Source: Octopus sinensis (taxonomy: Eukaryota). Taken from it: a DNA stretch of 64,000 nt. Location of the stretch: the NCBI RefSeq assembly GCF_006345805.1, contig NC_043006.1, positions 32,922,001 through 32,986,000 of the forward strand, written 5' to 3'. Positions 14,660 through 28,205 of the stretch are shown piece after piece. Under the pieces are notes generated by a model, which was not told the origin of the DNA, searched no databases, and was given only the letters and a program-made list of their open reading frames with translations. The position numbers were made by a program, and so were the translations under genes. Numbering within the stretch: the first letter of the stretch is position 1; each line of letters starts with the position of its first letter.

Positions 14660-15061
14660 TGAACCCTCTCCTACCAGAGTTTGATGACAAGCTTCAGCAG
14701 CCTCACATAGACATCAGAATTGAGCCTAAGGTCTTGTGCAAAGACATGGCAATAAACGCAGGCGTGCAGACGCAGTCAGAACGCCTGCTGTGCCGTTTCC
14801 TGCCGTACACGGTTTTGTAGTCTCCATTGCAGCTGTCTTTGTTATGTATTACAGTTTTTACACCCGACACGAATCATCATGATACAAGTAACTCTTTTTC
14901 AATAATCAGGTGACTTTCAATCCTCCTTGTCGGCTAGCCTCTCTTCAACTACCACTTTAATTTTTATGCTTTCCAACTCGACTAACTGTTCACCATTACT
15001 AACAATCTGTTCCTGAAAAAAGGAGATATAAATGTCCTCAGTTTTAGCCCGAACACCCTGT
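14660..15061 (-). mobile_element. Tc1/mariner (maT-like) deleted relic
   Basis: Minus strand HVFAQDLRLNSDVYVRLLKLVIKLW*ERV parallels YDLRLNTELYIKWLEEVVLPWVKRV at 25.6 kb; TIR-like CAGGGTGTTCGGGCTAAAACTG near 15060. Confidence 0.55.
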
Positions 15062-15094
15062 GTGTATATATATTTGACATTGTACATGTTTATA

Positions 15095-15981
15095 CACGAT
15101 CTGATCAATAAGTATCAGGACTGTTGCGATAGTAACGAATCTAAAGCAAGGAGAGTAAAGCCGCTTGGCACAGATTCGCCTTCAACTCTGCCGTACATGC
15201 GCACTAAGTTTTAACGTTCTAGCTCACATCCGTTGTTTACAGCAGTTCTTCTAAGGAACGTGTGTAGTGTGTGATTGTCTCATTGACCATGACAGAGAAA
15301 GTTGAGCAGAGAATATGTACCAAAATTTGCCAAAAGCTTGGCGATACCTGCTCAGGGGCCGACGCAAAGTTTTCAAAAAGTTTTCATCGTTCTTGACACA
15401 ACCAAGGGTATCTTGTGCAAATGTAACCCGAGTGCCTTTTGGTCATTTTTTAGCACAAACTTAGCAGACACGCGTCTCATACTGAAATCTTCAGTGATAA
15501 TGGACTGAACTGAACCGTAACTAATTTGCACATCCTATGATAACTCATGGATGGTGATTTGACAATTTACCCCCACAGCTGCACACACATCTGCAATGTT
15601 TTTTCCCCAATTCTGCTGGTTGCGGGTCTCGTAGAACATTCGTAAATATCGACATTTTTTTCTGCCGTCTTAGAAACATCTTAACCACTCATACACTTGG
15701 GTGCGGTTCATACCCTCCTATCCATACACTTTCTGAAACATTGTGTAGGCTTCTGAGCAGGTATCACTATGACAATTTTTTGTCAAGGCCAATGCGACGA
15801 TCACACGCTACACACATTCATTCCAAGCACTACTGTAATTAGCGGAAGTGAGCTAGAGCGTTAAAACTTAATGCGCATGCACACCAGAGTCAACGGTGAA
15901 TATATGCCAAGCGGCTTCACTTAGTGTGCTTTAGCTTCGTTACGATGGCAACAGTCCGGATATTTATTAATCAGACTTCAT
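15095..15981. mobile_element. Mariner derivative made of two inverted 5' ends (arms of about 280 bp)
   Basis: TA-flanked TIR GATCTGATCAATAAGTATC.GGACTGTTGC at both ends; both arms run into the transposase start (MTEKVEQRIC...; CQKLGDTCS); the interior has a minus-strand VSAKFV segment. Confidence 0.8.
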
Positions 15982-16205
15982 ATATATACGTATTTATGCA
16001 TATTTCATATCACATATAAATAATATAAATTTTCCTCAAAATGTATCAACAGTGTATCTTAGAAAAAGACATGTATCTAGAGTACATGATACATAGGCTA
16101 GAGCGTTTCTAATATTAACTATGTAAATGAAAACATAAACGCCAGACGTAAAACATAAAATATGTGTATATGTATGTATATATATATATATATAATATAT
16201 ATATA

Positions 16206-16243
<38 letters not shown>

Positions 16244-17545
16244 TATATAAGATAACTTACGTCCAGAAGCATACACTATACACACGCACACTATTTGGTC
16301 TCATACACAAACACACACATACGCATGTGCATACACCATCTGAACAAGCACACATCAACTGCTACACACAAGCACACGCGCGCGCAGGTTAGCCAAAGTT
16401 CTATACAGAAAGAAGAAATAGGATCCCGAATTCAGCAAGTGTGATTGCCTGTTAGGTTTGATGAAAAACAAACGTGGACACAATGTGCGCCAAAATTGAG
16501 AGAAAAGAATGAAAATAGAGAGCAAGTAAAAGAGGACAAGATCTAGACAGGGTCATTAGGTGGAGGAGAGGGGAGGTTGTGTGTGTATCCATCCATCTTC
16601 TCCTACTATTCTTTGGGAAATCCTGGGGGACATAGCCTTCAGTCATCTCCTCTGTAATGTCTTACGAAGAACAAACGTCATTAGACTTTCCAGTTGAATT
16701 CCCAATTCTGACAAAGTGAGATTATGGACGTTATTCATTCATCTTGTTCTTGGTCCACCCTTAGGTTTTCTATCAGTTGCTACAGCTTGCAGAATAAACC
16801 TACCTGCAGAAACTCTAACAACAAATATATCGACATACATCTGCGAATGATTTCAAATTGAGTTCGATTGTACAAGTCTTACCAGTTAAACACACAGAAC
16901 AAGATATTTTGTGGACACCCTGTTAAAGCACCTCTTCAAACACATAAAGAAATTTATTCACGATAAAGCCAGTAACTTACGAAAGGCAGAGTACGAACAT
17001 GCAGTTATCCAACAGCATGGTTTCAGAATACGGTTGAGCAAGTTGTGCCATATCCCTCTATTTCACTGAAGGTTCAGAGTTCAAGTTTAAGAATGGACAA
17101 ATCTTTAAGTTAACGGATAGTTTTACACTTCTCATAGTTTTCTCAATAACCTGATTTGGAAGTTAGGAAAACTACACCAGAAAAACAGAACAAACCAGTT
17201 AAAGCATTTCCATTTTATATATGCTCAGATTCAACCACAGAAATGTAAGTCACGTTTAACCATTTAATCTAATAACCACTGTGAATAATATACGTAGATA
17301 TGAAGAACAATGAGAAGCGTTGCAAAAAAAAAAAGACATTTCTGTCTTTAAAAGCACTGTAAAAGCAAAATATTCATTTTCCTTGAACCAAGAGCGAGAA
17401 ACGATAGCTATTCTATACAAACATATTTGTATATCTAAAAGGAATGTAATAATGATTCTTTATCATCTAATACATTAAGCAAAATTTGAGTAATTATTGC
17501 AAATGAGTTATGCCTTGTATGTATTTACGCATTATGTATGTATGA

Positions 17546-17626
<81 letters not shown>

Positions 17627-17627
<1 letters not shown>

Positions 17628-17912
17628 TGCTCCTGTCGTTTTTAGCCCCAGAAAGACATCTCCTTCAGCTGGCTAACGACACACTGTATTCGATTAGTAT
17701 TTGCGAGGGGAGGTCATCGCTTCCATCTCTAGCCTTACGTGATACACACAGACCCGGGTTTCTGGATAGTTACCCGTCTTCAGTGTGTGATAATCACCAG
17801 CTAGTGATGAAAACTCATTCCACTCGCAAAATACTACATGCTTTCTCACCGTCTCGAAAAAGGAGAAATAAGCTATATTAAATCTCTGAGCGAGAGGCAA
17901 ACAGTAACAGTA
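17627..17912 (-). mobile_element. Hammerhead-containing non-coding repeat unit (candidate retrozyme), between (TA)n tracts
   Basis: Shares blocks with the 39.6-40.4 kb repeat (CCCCAG..A.ACATCT...CAGCTGGCTA; GATAATC...TAG..ATGA; AAATCTCTGAGCGAGA). Internal inverted repeat 17697-17733 / 17800-17836 flanks the ribozyme. Confidence 0.7.
17745..17789 (-). ncRNA. Type I hammerhead ribozyme with canonical core
   Basis: Minus strand: CACACA-CTGAAGA-C-GGGT(AACT)ATCC-A-GAAA-CCCGGG-TC-TGTGTG. 6-bp stem I, CUGANGA, 4-bp stem II closed by a C.A mismatch, palindromic stem III, GUC triplet. Confidence 0.85.
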
Positions 17913-17920
17913 CGGAATCG

Positions 17921-17955
<35 letters not shown>

Positions 17956-18756
17956 TGTGTGTGTGTGTGAGTGTGTATATATATGTGTGTGTATGTATGT
18001 ATTATGTATTATGTTTGTGTGTATATGTATATCTGTGTATATAGAAAAATATATGTGCATGTATGTATGTATCGTGTATATACTCGTCGTTATATATCAA
18101 ATTAAAACCAAATAAATATCTATTACCAGAACACATGCGTGTATTGAAATTAATTAATCTCCGAGGGGGGACTAATTGGGACTTCGTCTGTCAAAGAATC
18201 GAGGTTAAAAGCAGAATCTAACAGAAGTTTCAATGCGCTTCATCTGCCGAAGGTCTCAATTAGTTTCCTCTGATGTTAATTAGTTAACAGGCATACGCGC
18301 GTGTAGATTGGTAATTAGTACATATTTTGGTTTTCATACTTATACGTCCATTAAATTATTGTTCTCATATAGTCAATTTTCATAAGTTATATTACGCACA
18401 CATAAAGTCATACCCCCGCTCACACATTTATTGATGCACATATAGACACATACACTAATGGATCCTTTGGGGGATGTTCTTCCTTGGCCTCAAATCAGAC
18501 TTTATTGAGATCAACTATGTGCAAAGGTGACCTATCCGTGACCAGCACGCCTGTTTCCACACAATATTCAACCGGAGTCACATTTTCTATAGAATGAATT
18601 CAGAGAGATATGGGTTCCGTTTGTAGTGTCTCAGATGGATACTTGATGGCGTGTCTCTTCCCCTCTGTATCCATCCCTCTATGAGCTTCTGTCACCCGCT
18701 TGTTTTCCTCTTCGTACATAAATATATGTGTGTGTATGCATATATATATATATGCA

Positions 18757-18818
<62 letters not shown>

Positions 18819-18989
18819 CAAACACAAATAACAAAACAGAACTGAAGTCCAAGGGATGTTCACAGTTAAGGCTCAAAACGGAGGCAGACACACACACAGA
18901 CACACAGAGACACACACACACACAGACACACACAGACAGACAGACACACACACACACACATACACACGTGTGTGTGTGTGTACATCATA

Positions 18990-20090
18990 TACCAGCATCA
19001 GTTATGGCATTTCATTGTGTTTTTCTACGTAGTACAGACAACTTGTAGGTGTCAAATTTCGGTATTCTGCAGAAAGGTGTATTTAGCGACACCAATTCTT
19101 CGCATTGGACATTGCACACGTGATAGGGTAGACAATATGGTAGTGTCAATCAGTCAATTAGTCATCATTGATAGTGTTTGCTTTTTTATCGCCTGTATAT
19201 GGTGAAGGTAACCAATGGTAATAATATTAGGTTAGAAATGAGTTCGCGTGAGAGACCAACAAGTGTTTTTATACTCCTTTCATCGCGTGTGTATTTGCCA
19301 AGTCTGGAATTGTGTATCCGGTTTATCAGCATTTAAGTGTTTGAAGTTCAACGGCAACAATCAGTTTATTTTACTATTGATAGATACTGCAGGCTAGTGG
19401 AGTATGAGTAGCTTTTCATAGCGGAAGAATCGGTGATTATGAGCTCCAGATGCTTAAGGGGGTACCATGGTAATGATGCTGCATATAACGCTGACGAATT
19501 TGTTTCGGGAGTCAGAAATGAAGTAGGACAAAGTGTTGGAGTTTCCTATGACCTCCAACCTAAACGCGTTCATTTGTTGCGGGTGTTTTCTTTTATACGA
19601 GACAGTCGTCCTGTTCCTACTGTGGGTGTCCATATACAAATTACTGTTTTTGAGAGACAACGACTTCTCACTTTGCAGTTAGTAGGTGTTTGGCAGTTAT
19701 GGGTTAGAACTTCAGGTGGGAACAGCGTGGGTTTTTGCACCCGTTGAAGCCTGCAATGCTGGAAGAGTAAACATGAAAAGCGAACATTGATTTTATAGGA
19801 ATTAAGATTTTAAAATATTTACGCCTCCTTGCTAAATGCTTTTTAAACCAAATCATAAAATTACCAGTTATGAAATGTCGAGATTGAATGAACATCATCC
19901 ACATTACTTTTCACTTCTTGTCTTCTTGTTCGGGGTTCGAGCGGTGATTCTCCATATATACTAACTTACTAATAAAACTATTCTTCGCTAGTGACTCGTT
20001 AGATAATAGCTGCTTTGTTGAAAGACACTCTGACGACAGATTTGAGATAATTCTTCTGATAGTGCTGATTCGATTTCTAATTAGAGTCGA
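18990..20090 (-). mobile_element. Possible highly degraded gypsy gag/protease relic
   Basis: Non-repetitive stretch of higher complexity with only faint minus-strand motifs (WY near 19465; SAEYRNLT near 19070). Weak. Confidence 0.3.
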
Positions 20091-20121
20091 GGGTGGTTGG
20101 AGATTCTATCACTAGAAACAA

Positions 20122-20198
20122 TAGAAAAAATGTCCACCTTATTTTCTACGTCGGTTTAATAGAAAAAATGTCCACTTTATTTTCTACGTCGGTTTAAT
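20122..20198 (+). repeat. Direct tandem duplication of about 38 bp
   Basis: AGAAAAAATGTCCAC(C/T)TTATTTTCTACGTCGGTTTAAT twice. Confidence 0.9.
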
Positions 20199-20377
20199 CT
20201 TTCTGATTTTCCAGTTCCCATCATCTTTCAGGGCGAAAACAGAAACGCCAATTATATGTGTATGCGTGTTAGTATGGACACACACACACACACATACACA
20301 CACACAAACACACACACACAATACACGGATATGAAAAGGACAAAGAATGCTGAGTACATGTTGCAAATACTTTCATT

Positions 20378-20593
20378 CTTTTATTCTTTTACATGTTTCA
20401 GTCATTTGACTGTGGCCATGCTGGAACACCACCTTTAGTAGAGCGAATCGACCCCAGGATTTATTCTTTGTAAGCCTAATACTTATTCTGTTGGCCTCTT
20501 CTGACGAACCACTAAGTTACAGGGACGTAAACACACCAGTTCGGTTGTCAAGCGATGTTGGGGGACAAACACGCATACACAAACATATACACG

Positions 20594-20658
<65 letters not shown>

Positions 20659-20812
20659 CAGGCTTCTTTCAGTTTCCGTTTGCCAAATCTACTCACAAGG
20701 TTTTGGTCGGCCCGAGGCTATAGTAGAAGACATTTGCCCAAGGTGCCATGCAATGGGACTGAACCCGGAACCATGTGGTTGGTAAGCAAGCTACTTACCA
20801 CACAGCCACTCC
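20378..20812 (-). mobile_element. SINE family B, full length
   Basis: Reverse complement of the 36297-36697 copy with an internal (TA)n. Confidence 0.85.
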
Positions 20813-21459
20813 TTGCAAATTATAATTGTTCTTAAATAATATTATTTGCATCATTAATTAAATCTTTCACATCCTGCAGGTTTCATCAGCGGACAAGATA
20901 TAAACAAAACAACATTTAAAAAGAAATCGTGACGGCATTAGGTTGAGTGCATCGGGTCATGTGTAACTTGCACAAAAATCGAGATCCGGGTCAGCATAAA
21001 AACTAAATAAACAAATAACTGATTATCAAATAATTCAAGCGAAGTAATCAGATTGGAAATTATACTTAGCAAATGTGTCTGATTTAAACGCTAGTAAACT
21101 TAAATATCACACCACAAAATAAAGGTAATTGAAATTAAATTTAAATTAAGGTTAGGAAAAATGATCAATAAACAAGGGTAATTTAAATATCAACCTAATC
21201 TATAGTGGAGTTGGTTAGATGAAAAGTAGTTTTAAAAATCTGAATAAAAATGATTAAAGCTGTTTGGTTAGATGTTGACAATCGGAATTCTGTCAGCTCG
21301 CCATCTTATAAAATGCCATAACCGCAAAAAACTGGAATCAATGCGGAAGTATTTCTGGGGAGAGCAGTAAAATTTCTCAATAACAGGCATAAAGCCACGT
21401 TATGGTTATTCGATAATGTCATCAGTGTGCAACTGCCGCAAATATTTGAGTTTCAATAA

Positions 21460-21678
21460 TGCGACAAGTTGGCAAAATCGTAAGCACGACGGACAAATTG
21501 CTTAGCGGTATGTCGTCGGTCTTTTCGTTCTGAGTTCAAATTCCGTGGAGGTCGACTTTGGTTTTTATCCTTTTGGGGTCCATGAAATAAATTCAAATTA
21601 AACACTGGGATCGATGTAATCGACTTAATACTTCTTCACCCCCATATTACTAACCTTGTGCCAAAATTTGAGGCCAAT
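21460..21678 (+). mobile_element. SINE family A
   Basis: TTGGCAAAATCG...TTCTGAGTTCAAATTCC...GTCGACTTTG...GATCGATGTAATCGAC. Confidence 0.8.
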
Positions 21679-22837
21679 AATCTTAATACCGATAAATCGT
21701 ATAAATCTTTCTAATTCTGGCACAAGGACAACAATTTTAGATGTAAGTGAATCCCTTCGACTCCAGTACGAAAAGATGAAATGCTAAATCAACCCCAGCA
21801 GAATTCAAACTCAGTGGGTAATGAGTCAGAAGGAAAGCCGTTCATCATTTTGTCCGTTATAGTATCGATTACGCCCGTTCACCCGCCCCCTCGTCAACCC
21901 AAGTAATCTCCTCATTACTTGAGGTAGTAAGATTACTGGCATTAATTTGAGTGGAGTCAATCTTGGCAACGTTTGTATATAATCCTTTTAAAAGTCATAC
22001 ACTATGTTCCCAGAGTTATGAAGATTTAATAATTAACCATTTAACTATGAAAGTCTTTGAGAGCGAGAACGGAACGAGACTCTTGAATAGAATCTCTAAA
22101 ACTCACTTGTATCCATGTGTAGTAAGACATATTATTGACTCGTGTATTGCGGTTTTATTGTAAACGGTTTCATGTGTTTGATTCAGAGAATATTTGTCTC
22201 ACCCGAGAGTCCTTCATATGTGCAACCGAAGTATGGAGAGGTACGGGAACCTAAACAAAAATCAGATTGCTGCGCATGAATTTCCTGCCTTGTATTGTAC
22301 ACCTAACTTTAAGTGCCATGCCGCTAACTTGTGGCCCTGAATTCCTGTATTTAATTTTCTTTTTAATACCAACCGGAGTAGTAGCTTAATTTCGGTTCAT
22401 ACACACACACACACACACACGTATTTCAATGTCAGTAGGAGTTTCTACAGCTGGCTGGCTACACCAACTCCCTTAGCAACCATTTGTCATCGATGATACA
22501 GAACCTCGACGCTTTTATATTTTATTTATTCTGATTAATAGAAATTATTCTACTGAAGAAATAACAGAGTAGTCATATCGTATAATACATATGATATGAT
22601 ATGGACAAAATTATGAAATGTAATTTAATTTCAAATCTGCAATAAATACTGAACCAAACTGTGTTTGTTTAGGTTAGTAAACGACTACACATAAATAGGA
22701 ATAGGAACATAGCTTACCATTATTTCATGCAAACATCTCAATGAGGAAACTATACATGACAAAGCAGAACCTAATTAGCAACACTTCGAGAACTGGAATA
22801 ATTGTGTGGTTCTTATGAACTTGTATTTTCTCGGCGT

Positions 22838-23047
22838 GGCGAGTTGGCAGAATTGTTAGCACGCCGGGCAAAATGCTTAGCGGCATATCATCTGTCTTTA
22901 CGCTCTGAGTTCACATTCAGCTGAGGTCTACTTTGCCTCTTATCTTTATCATGGTCGGTAAAATAAGTATTTGTTGCGGTCTGATGTCGATTTAATCGAC
23001 CTGGCCCTTCCCCCAAAACTGTTGGCTTTGTATCAAAATCTGAACCC
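22838..23047 (+). mobile_element. SINE family A
   Basis: GGCGAGTTGGCAGAATTGTTAGCACGCCGGGCAAAATGCTTAGCGG and the shared body. Confidence 0.85.
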
Positions 23048-23397
23048 TATATAGGATCAGTAAAATAGTAATTTTTGCTCAGTGATGCGAGAAGCTGCGA
23101 GCATGCAAAGGGGCTCGAAATCGCTTTCTCTATTTGTCGATGCATCTACTTTTGTAAGTGGACACTCACATTATATTATCATACTTATTTCTTTAATTCG
23201 TTCCTCACAGTAATTATTACTAGCTGTCAAAGGAAACCTTAAATATTCTCAGGAATTTCAAATTAATTGTATACAGAAATGAATTCTCGTGCTCAGGAGT
23301 AACATTTTATCAATTTTGACAAACAAGGCGAGACAAAAAAGCACATGTTTTTTCTTGTTTCCTGCTTTTTTTTTTTTTGTATTATGACACTTTATAA

Positions 23398-23570
23398 GGT
23401 GGCGAGTTGTCACAGTTGTTAACTGCGCCCAAGCAAATTGTTTAGTGACATTTTATTTGTCTTTACGTTGTGAGTTCAAATTCCGCCTTGGTCGAGTTGA
23501 ACACTGAGGTCGATGTAATCAACCTACGCCGCCCCTGAAATTGCTGGCCTTGTGCTAAAATTTGAAACCC
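23398..23570 (+). mobile_element. SINE family A (internally deleted)
   Basis: GGTGGCGAGTTG...GAGTTCAAATTCCGCC...GGTCGATGTAATC. Confidence 0.75.
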
Positions 23571-24082
23571 ATATTATGTCAGTTTATAAGGATGATGTAA
23601 TCTACTAATATCTGCCTTGGTTTATTAATTAGAGATATCACAAACAGGGAAAGAACCACAATACAATGTGGCAAGTATAATTTGTACAAGTACAAAAACG
23701 TGGGTTCAGAGAAATAACTTAAATACTCCATTAGCATGAATTTATGAACTTAGAAAAATTAAATTGAAAGAGATTGTAATACGCTGAATAAGTACGAAAA
23801 AAGTGTGTTATGTATTAAGATATGACTTACAGTTACAGCATTTAAAAAAAAATCAAGCAGAAATTGTCATTGGTCGTCAAAGAAAAGAAGAGAACATTTT
23901 CAAAGAATTAGTAATAAATCTTATACAAAACCAATGTTTTTATGAGCACAGGAAACATTTGATCATTTTTAGAAAGCAACTTGTCATTATAGACGTTTTT
24001 CAGTCTAATTACATTTGACTGTACTCAGGTTCAGTATAATTTGTGAAAAAGATTGCTAGTTTAATTTGGTAATTAATAATTA

Positions 24083-24300
24083 CATCAGGTCAGGTGTTGA
24101 GACATGCATGCAGCTGCAGTGCGTTGTTGCATTCACCATTTTTCGGTATAGTCCTGAGTCCTGGTGGGCAACCTGTCGAGTATACTCCCAGTCAGTACCC
24201 ATCTCTGCGAAATCCCTAGTCATTTGCCGTGACGATGTGACGTGTGGTCGTCCAACAGGAGCCGTCAATCAATCGGATCCTTAGAGAAGAGGACATGGTA
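24083..24300 (-). mobile_element. RTE-like LINE 3' end relic
   Basis: Minus ORF PVGRPHVTSSRQMTRDF...VNA followed by a short CCTGA repeat tail. Confidence 0.5.
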
Positions 24301-25409
24301 AGCAGGGTTTAACTGTCTGACCATAATTAAATCACATTACTTAAATTAATGTTTAGATATTTTTAAATGTTTTTGCTAACTTTGCCTTTTAATGTCCATT
24401 TGTGTTAAGGGATTGTGTGAAACAGCCGTTTCCCTCGAGCCTGACTTTGGTGGAGAAGTGTTCTGTTACTCTGTATATGCACTGTACGAGTTTATAAGGT
24501 CACAAGCTCTGATATTTCAGCGTCAATGTCATATGTAGATACACAAAATTGGTCGTTCACCTGTTTCTTAACCAAGAAGTAATTGTCATGAAATAATAAC
24601 GAATGTGTCATTATCAATATCATACAAATATCACGACGTTTTGAAGATACACATTCTGGGGAATTAGGGATTTAACAGGAAAACATACCTAAAAACAGAT
24701 GGGTAGAATTTCCCATGACTAAGATGGTAAATTTACAGTTGGAATTTGCTTTTCGATAGACCTCTTGTTTAATTAGACGGCATAGTATTTGCTACTCTTC
24801 ATATTTTAATGTTTACAGAAGCAAATATATATTTGCTAACGATAGACAGTACACATTTTCATTTGATTGATAAGCTACATTTCGAGACCAAAATAAAATT
24901 AACATTACCAATCTCTATCGTTAGAAATAGTTTGTATTGACTCAAGCGTTTTAAACGATATCCTATACTCAACAGCCTGGCTAAAACGTTTACATTTCCG
25001 TTTATTATATTTTAGATTTTTCGGTATTTGGAGAATATTTTTCTCATGTGCATTAATTCTCTCATTTAATAATCATTTACTGTGAATATATCTGTTGAGC
25101 TCATTCCAATCTTCGTCTTCCCTGCTTTCATAAACATGCGTATATATTTGCGCGTGTACAGTGTGTAGGCGTACATTGCCTGTATTATATATATATATAT
25201 ATATATGCATGTGTGTTGGTCGTGTGTGTGTGTGGTGATACCGGGATTTGAGATAACGCCAGCAATCATCAGAAACGTTTGGTGAGTGAGTCTGGAAGAC
25301 GAAACCTGTATGGCAGTTCTTCGTAAATATATATACATGCGATGGGTAAATTGTCGCCATTTTTTATACTTAATTTTGCATATCCACATTGTTTGATTTT
25401 GAGTTTGTC

Positions 25410-26070
25410 GACTACACGGTATAGTAGGCTAAGTTGGGCACTCTCTCTGTGCGAAAAGCAGCACCAAAGCGGAATTCACTCTGCCAAAAATTTGGAAACG
25501 ACATGCTGCACTGCTTGGCTTTCACGCCGGATGCTCCAATACGAACAATTCCCTTACGATCTCAGACTCAACACGGAGCTCTACATCAAGTGGTTGGAGG
25601 AGGTAGTTCTGCCTTGGGTCAAGAGGGTGGCCGCTGTAAGACCCTATGTCTGGTAACAGGAGACTATACCATGCCACAGTCATGCCTGTCAGGCAATTTC
25701 TACGACCACATCACCCCTAACATCTGGGCACCTAACTCCTCAGACTGCAACCCCGTTTCATTATTATGTGTGGGGCGCAGATGAGTGAGATACCAACAAA
25801 ATTCCCTGTAACACCAAAAATGAACTGAGGGCAAGGGTCATGGCAGCATTTACCAACTTAAACAAGGGTACCTTGTTAAAGAATTGCAGGAGATCCCGAA
25901 GTCGCCCGGAGGCCGTGGTTGAGTCTGATGGCGATTTTATTGAATAAATTTGCTCTTTAGTATTTCAAGATATGTGTATGTAATTTTGATAAATATCTCT
26001 ATTAAAATGAGATGTCAGTGTTACTTTCATTTTTGCGTAATTTCGACGACAGTTTATTCACCGCACCATG
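25410..26070 (+). mobile_element. Tc1/mariner (maT/DD37D-like) transposon relic
   Basis: LRLNTELYIKWLEEVVLPWVKRVAAVRPYVW*Q, then WAPNSSDCNP..YYVWG (WPxxSPDxNP motif); TIR-like end followed by TA. Confidence 0.8.
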
Positions 26071-26662
26071 TATATATGTGTGTCTTTGCGCATGTGTGTG
26101 TGTTTATGTATGTCTGTACATATATATATGTATGTATATATATATATATATATACATATATATATGTGTGTGTGTGTGTGTGTATGCATGTATTTAAGTG
26201 TGTATGCCTTTCTGTTTGCGTTTGTCACATGCCGCCACTTGACAACTCGTGTTGATATGTTTGGCGTTTCGGCTACAGGGTGGATAGCGTTAGTACGATA
26301 CTTTAGATCAGTGAGTATGGGAGCGAATTGTTTGACTAAATCCTTGAAGGCGGTGACCGTTTAGGACGCGATGCAATGAATGAAAACAAGAAAAAGCCGA
26401 CAAAAAAAAAACGAATCACGGAAGGAAAACGATCCAGTATAGAAATTCACATCAGAGATATAAACTTTGTTCAAAGTGACTTTAATACAATGTCAAGGAA
26501 TATCAAAGCCATGAACTATTAGATTATTGGAAGAGGCGTCAACCGTATTTTCCTACCATCTTCCAATTTAAAATAGTTTATATATATTTACTGGGTTTAT
26601 TTGCTATTAGATTCCAAAGTAATTTTCTTTCGCGTTGAATGAGTTTAATATTCACGCGATGG

Positions 26663-26877
26663 AAGGTGACGAGACGGCAGAAACGCTAGTACACGGGGCG
26701 AAATGTTTAGCAGTATTTCGTCTGTCTTTACGTTCTGAGTTCAAATCCACCGAGGTCACCTTTGCCTTTCATCCTTTCGGGGTCGATAAATTAAGTACCA
26801 GTTGCATACTGGGGTCGATCTAATCGACTGGCCCCCTCCCCCCAAATTTCGGGTCTTGCGCCTAGAGTAGAAAAGAA
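26663..26877 (+). mobile_element. SINE family A
   Basis: Near full-length copy with TTTGCCTTTCATCCTTTCGGGGTCGATAAATTAAGTACC; flanked by the direct repeat AATATTCACGCGATG (TSD-like). Confidence 0.88.
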
Positions 26878-28039
26878 TATTCACGCGATGAGGTTCATGT
26901 TTTTTTTAAATCTTGGTGTGAGTTATAAGTTGTTAAAATGTGTGTACCTTTTTTTGTGGAGTACCCTCTGCATATATATATATCCATCAAATGAATAAGT
27001 ATGAGAAAGACTTACACCTCAAGGTAACAAGAGTTTCCTAAAGAATATAGCAAAAGTACGGCGATGGAGAATGTTTTTTCGTTTTTGTTTGTTTTCAATT
27101 GCAATTTTCTAGATGTGTTGAAGCCGTATGAATGGGGAATTGCTTAATTCGAAGGAATCCGTGGAGGAGCGCATAGCTTTCAGTTCCTAACGCCCTGCTT
27201 ATATACAATAAAGTTATACATCTTATGCATTTGGAAAGTAAATTTTGCTATCGGCAAAAGATATTTGTGCTAATTCAACAAAATTAAAATTCACTTCATT
27301 TTCCTCATTAAATTATTAAAAATTTAGGAGAAAATTGTAATTTTCGACTAAGTGCCTTATTTTACATTGTCCAAATAGGCAAGATATATTGTAATCCATT
27401 ATGGTTTTTTTTTTTGCAATGTAAAACGAACAGGTGATTGAGCTTGTGCGCAGTCATTCTAGCTGCGAGAAGTAGCAACCAAATCTCTCTAACCACTTTA
27501 ATTCCAAAAGTGAAAGACATACTGAATTATGTCCAAAATATACTGTAGTGTGTGCGGTGGGGGATAGGTATAACCATGGTCTACATTCCTTTTGATTATA
27601 GGTCTATCTGATCAGCGTTGATATGATGCTAAACACTATCTTGTAGGTATTAAGGGAAAAGAATGGGTGTGTCTAAAACCTGAAAATAAAGACCCAAAAC
27701 ATTATGATAACTACTGCTCGTCTAGCTATTCATGATATATATATATAGGTCTTGATGAAGAACGATGTGATTGACTGTCTAATAAATCTTGGATGTGCAA
27801 ATGTCCGTTCTCCTGGTCTTTCTTAATTTCATTATATATATGTATTAACACGTATCTCAGCCACACTTTTAAAGGTTACTAGTTATCAGGGATACATTAT
27901 TTTTTGTTCTTGAGACATCGGACTCATAAGGCCGGTTACCCGCTTTCCATGGGGTTTGTCTAACATTTCCTTCCCCCTGCACGGGAAGTCTGTCTCTTAC
28001 AGGGTTTAAAGCTAGCAGTTTCGAGGAGAAACGCTAAAT

Positions 28040-28205
28040 CGATTATATCGACCTCAGCACTTGAATTGTAGCTTTATTTTATCGACCCCAAAGCGATGAA
28101 ACGTAAAGTTGAATTTGCTGGAATTTCAACTCAGAACATAAAGAGACGCAAGAAACGGCCGCTTAGCATTTCGTCCGAAATACTCACGATTCTGCCTGCT
28201 CATCG
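28040..28205 (-). mobile_element. SINE family A, degraded
   Basis: ATCGACCCC...AACTCAGAAC...GATTCTGCC. Confidence 0.7.
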
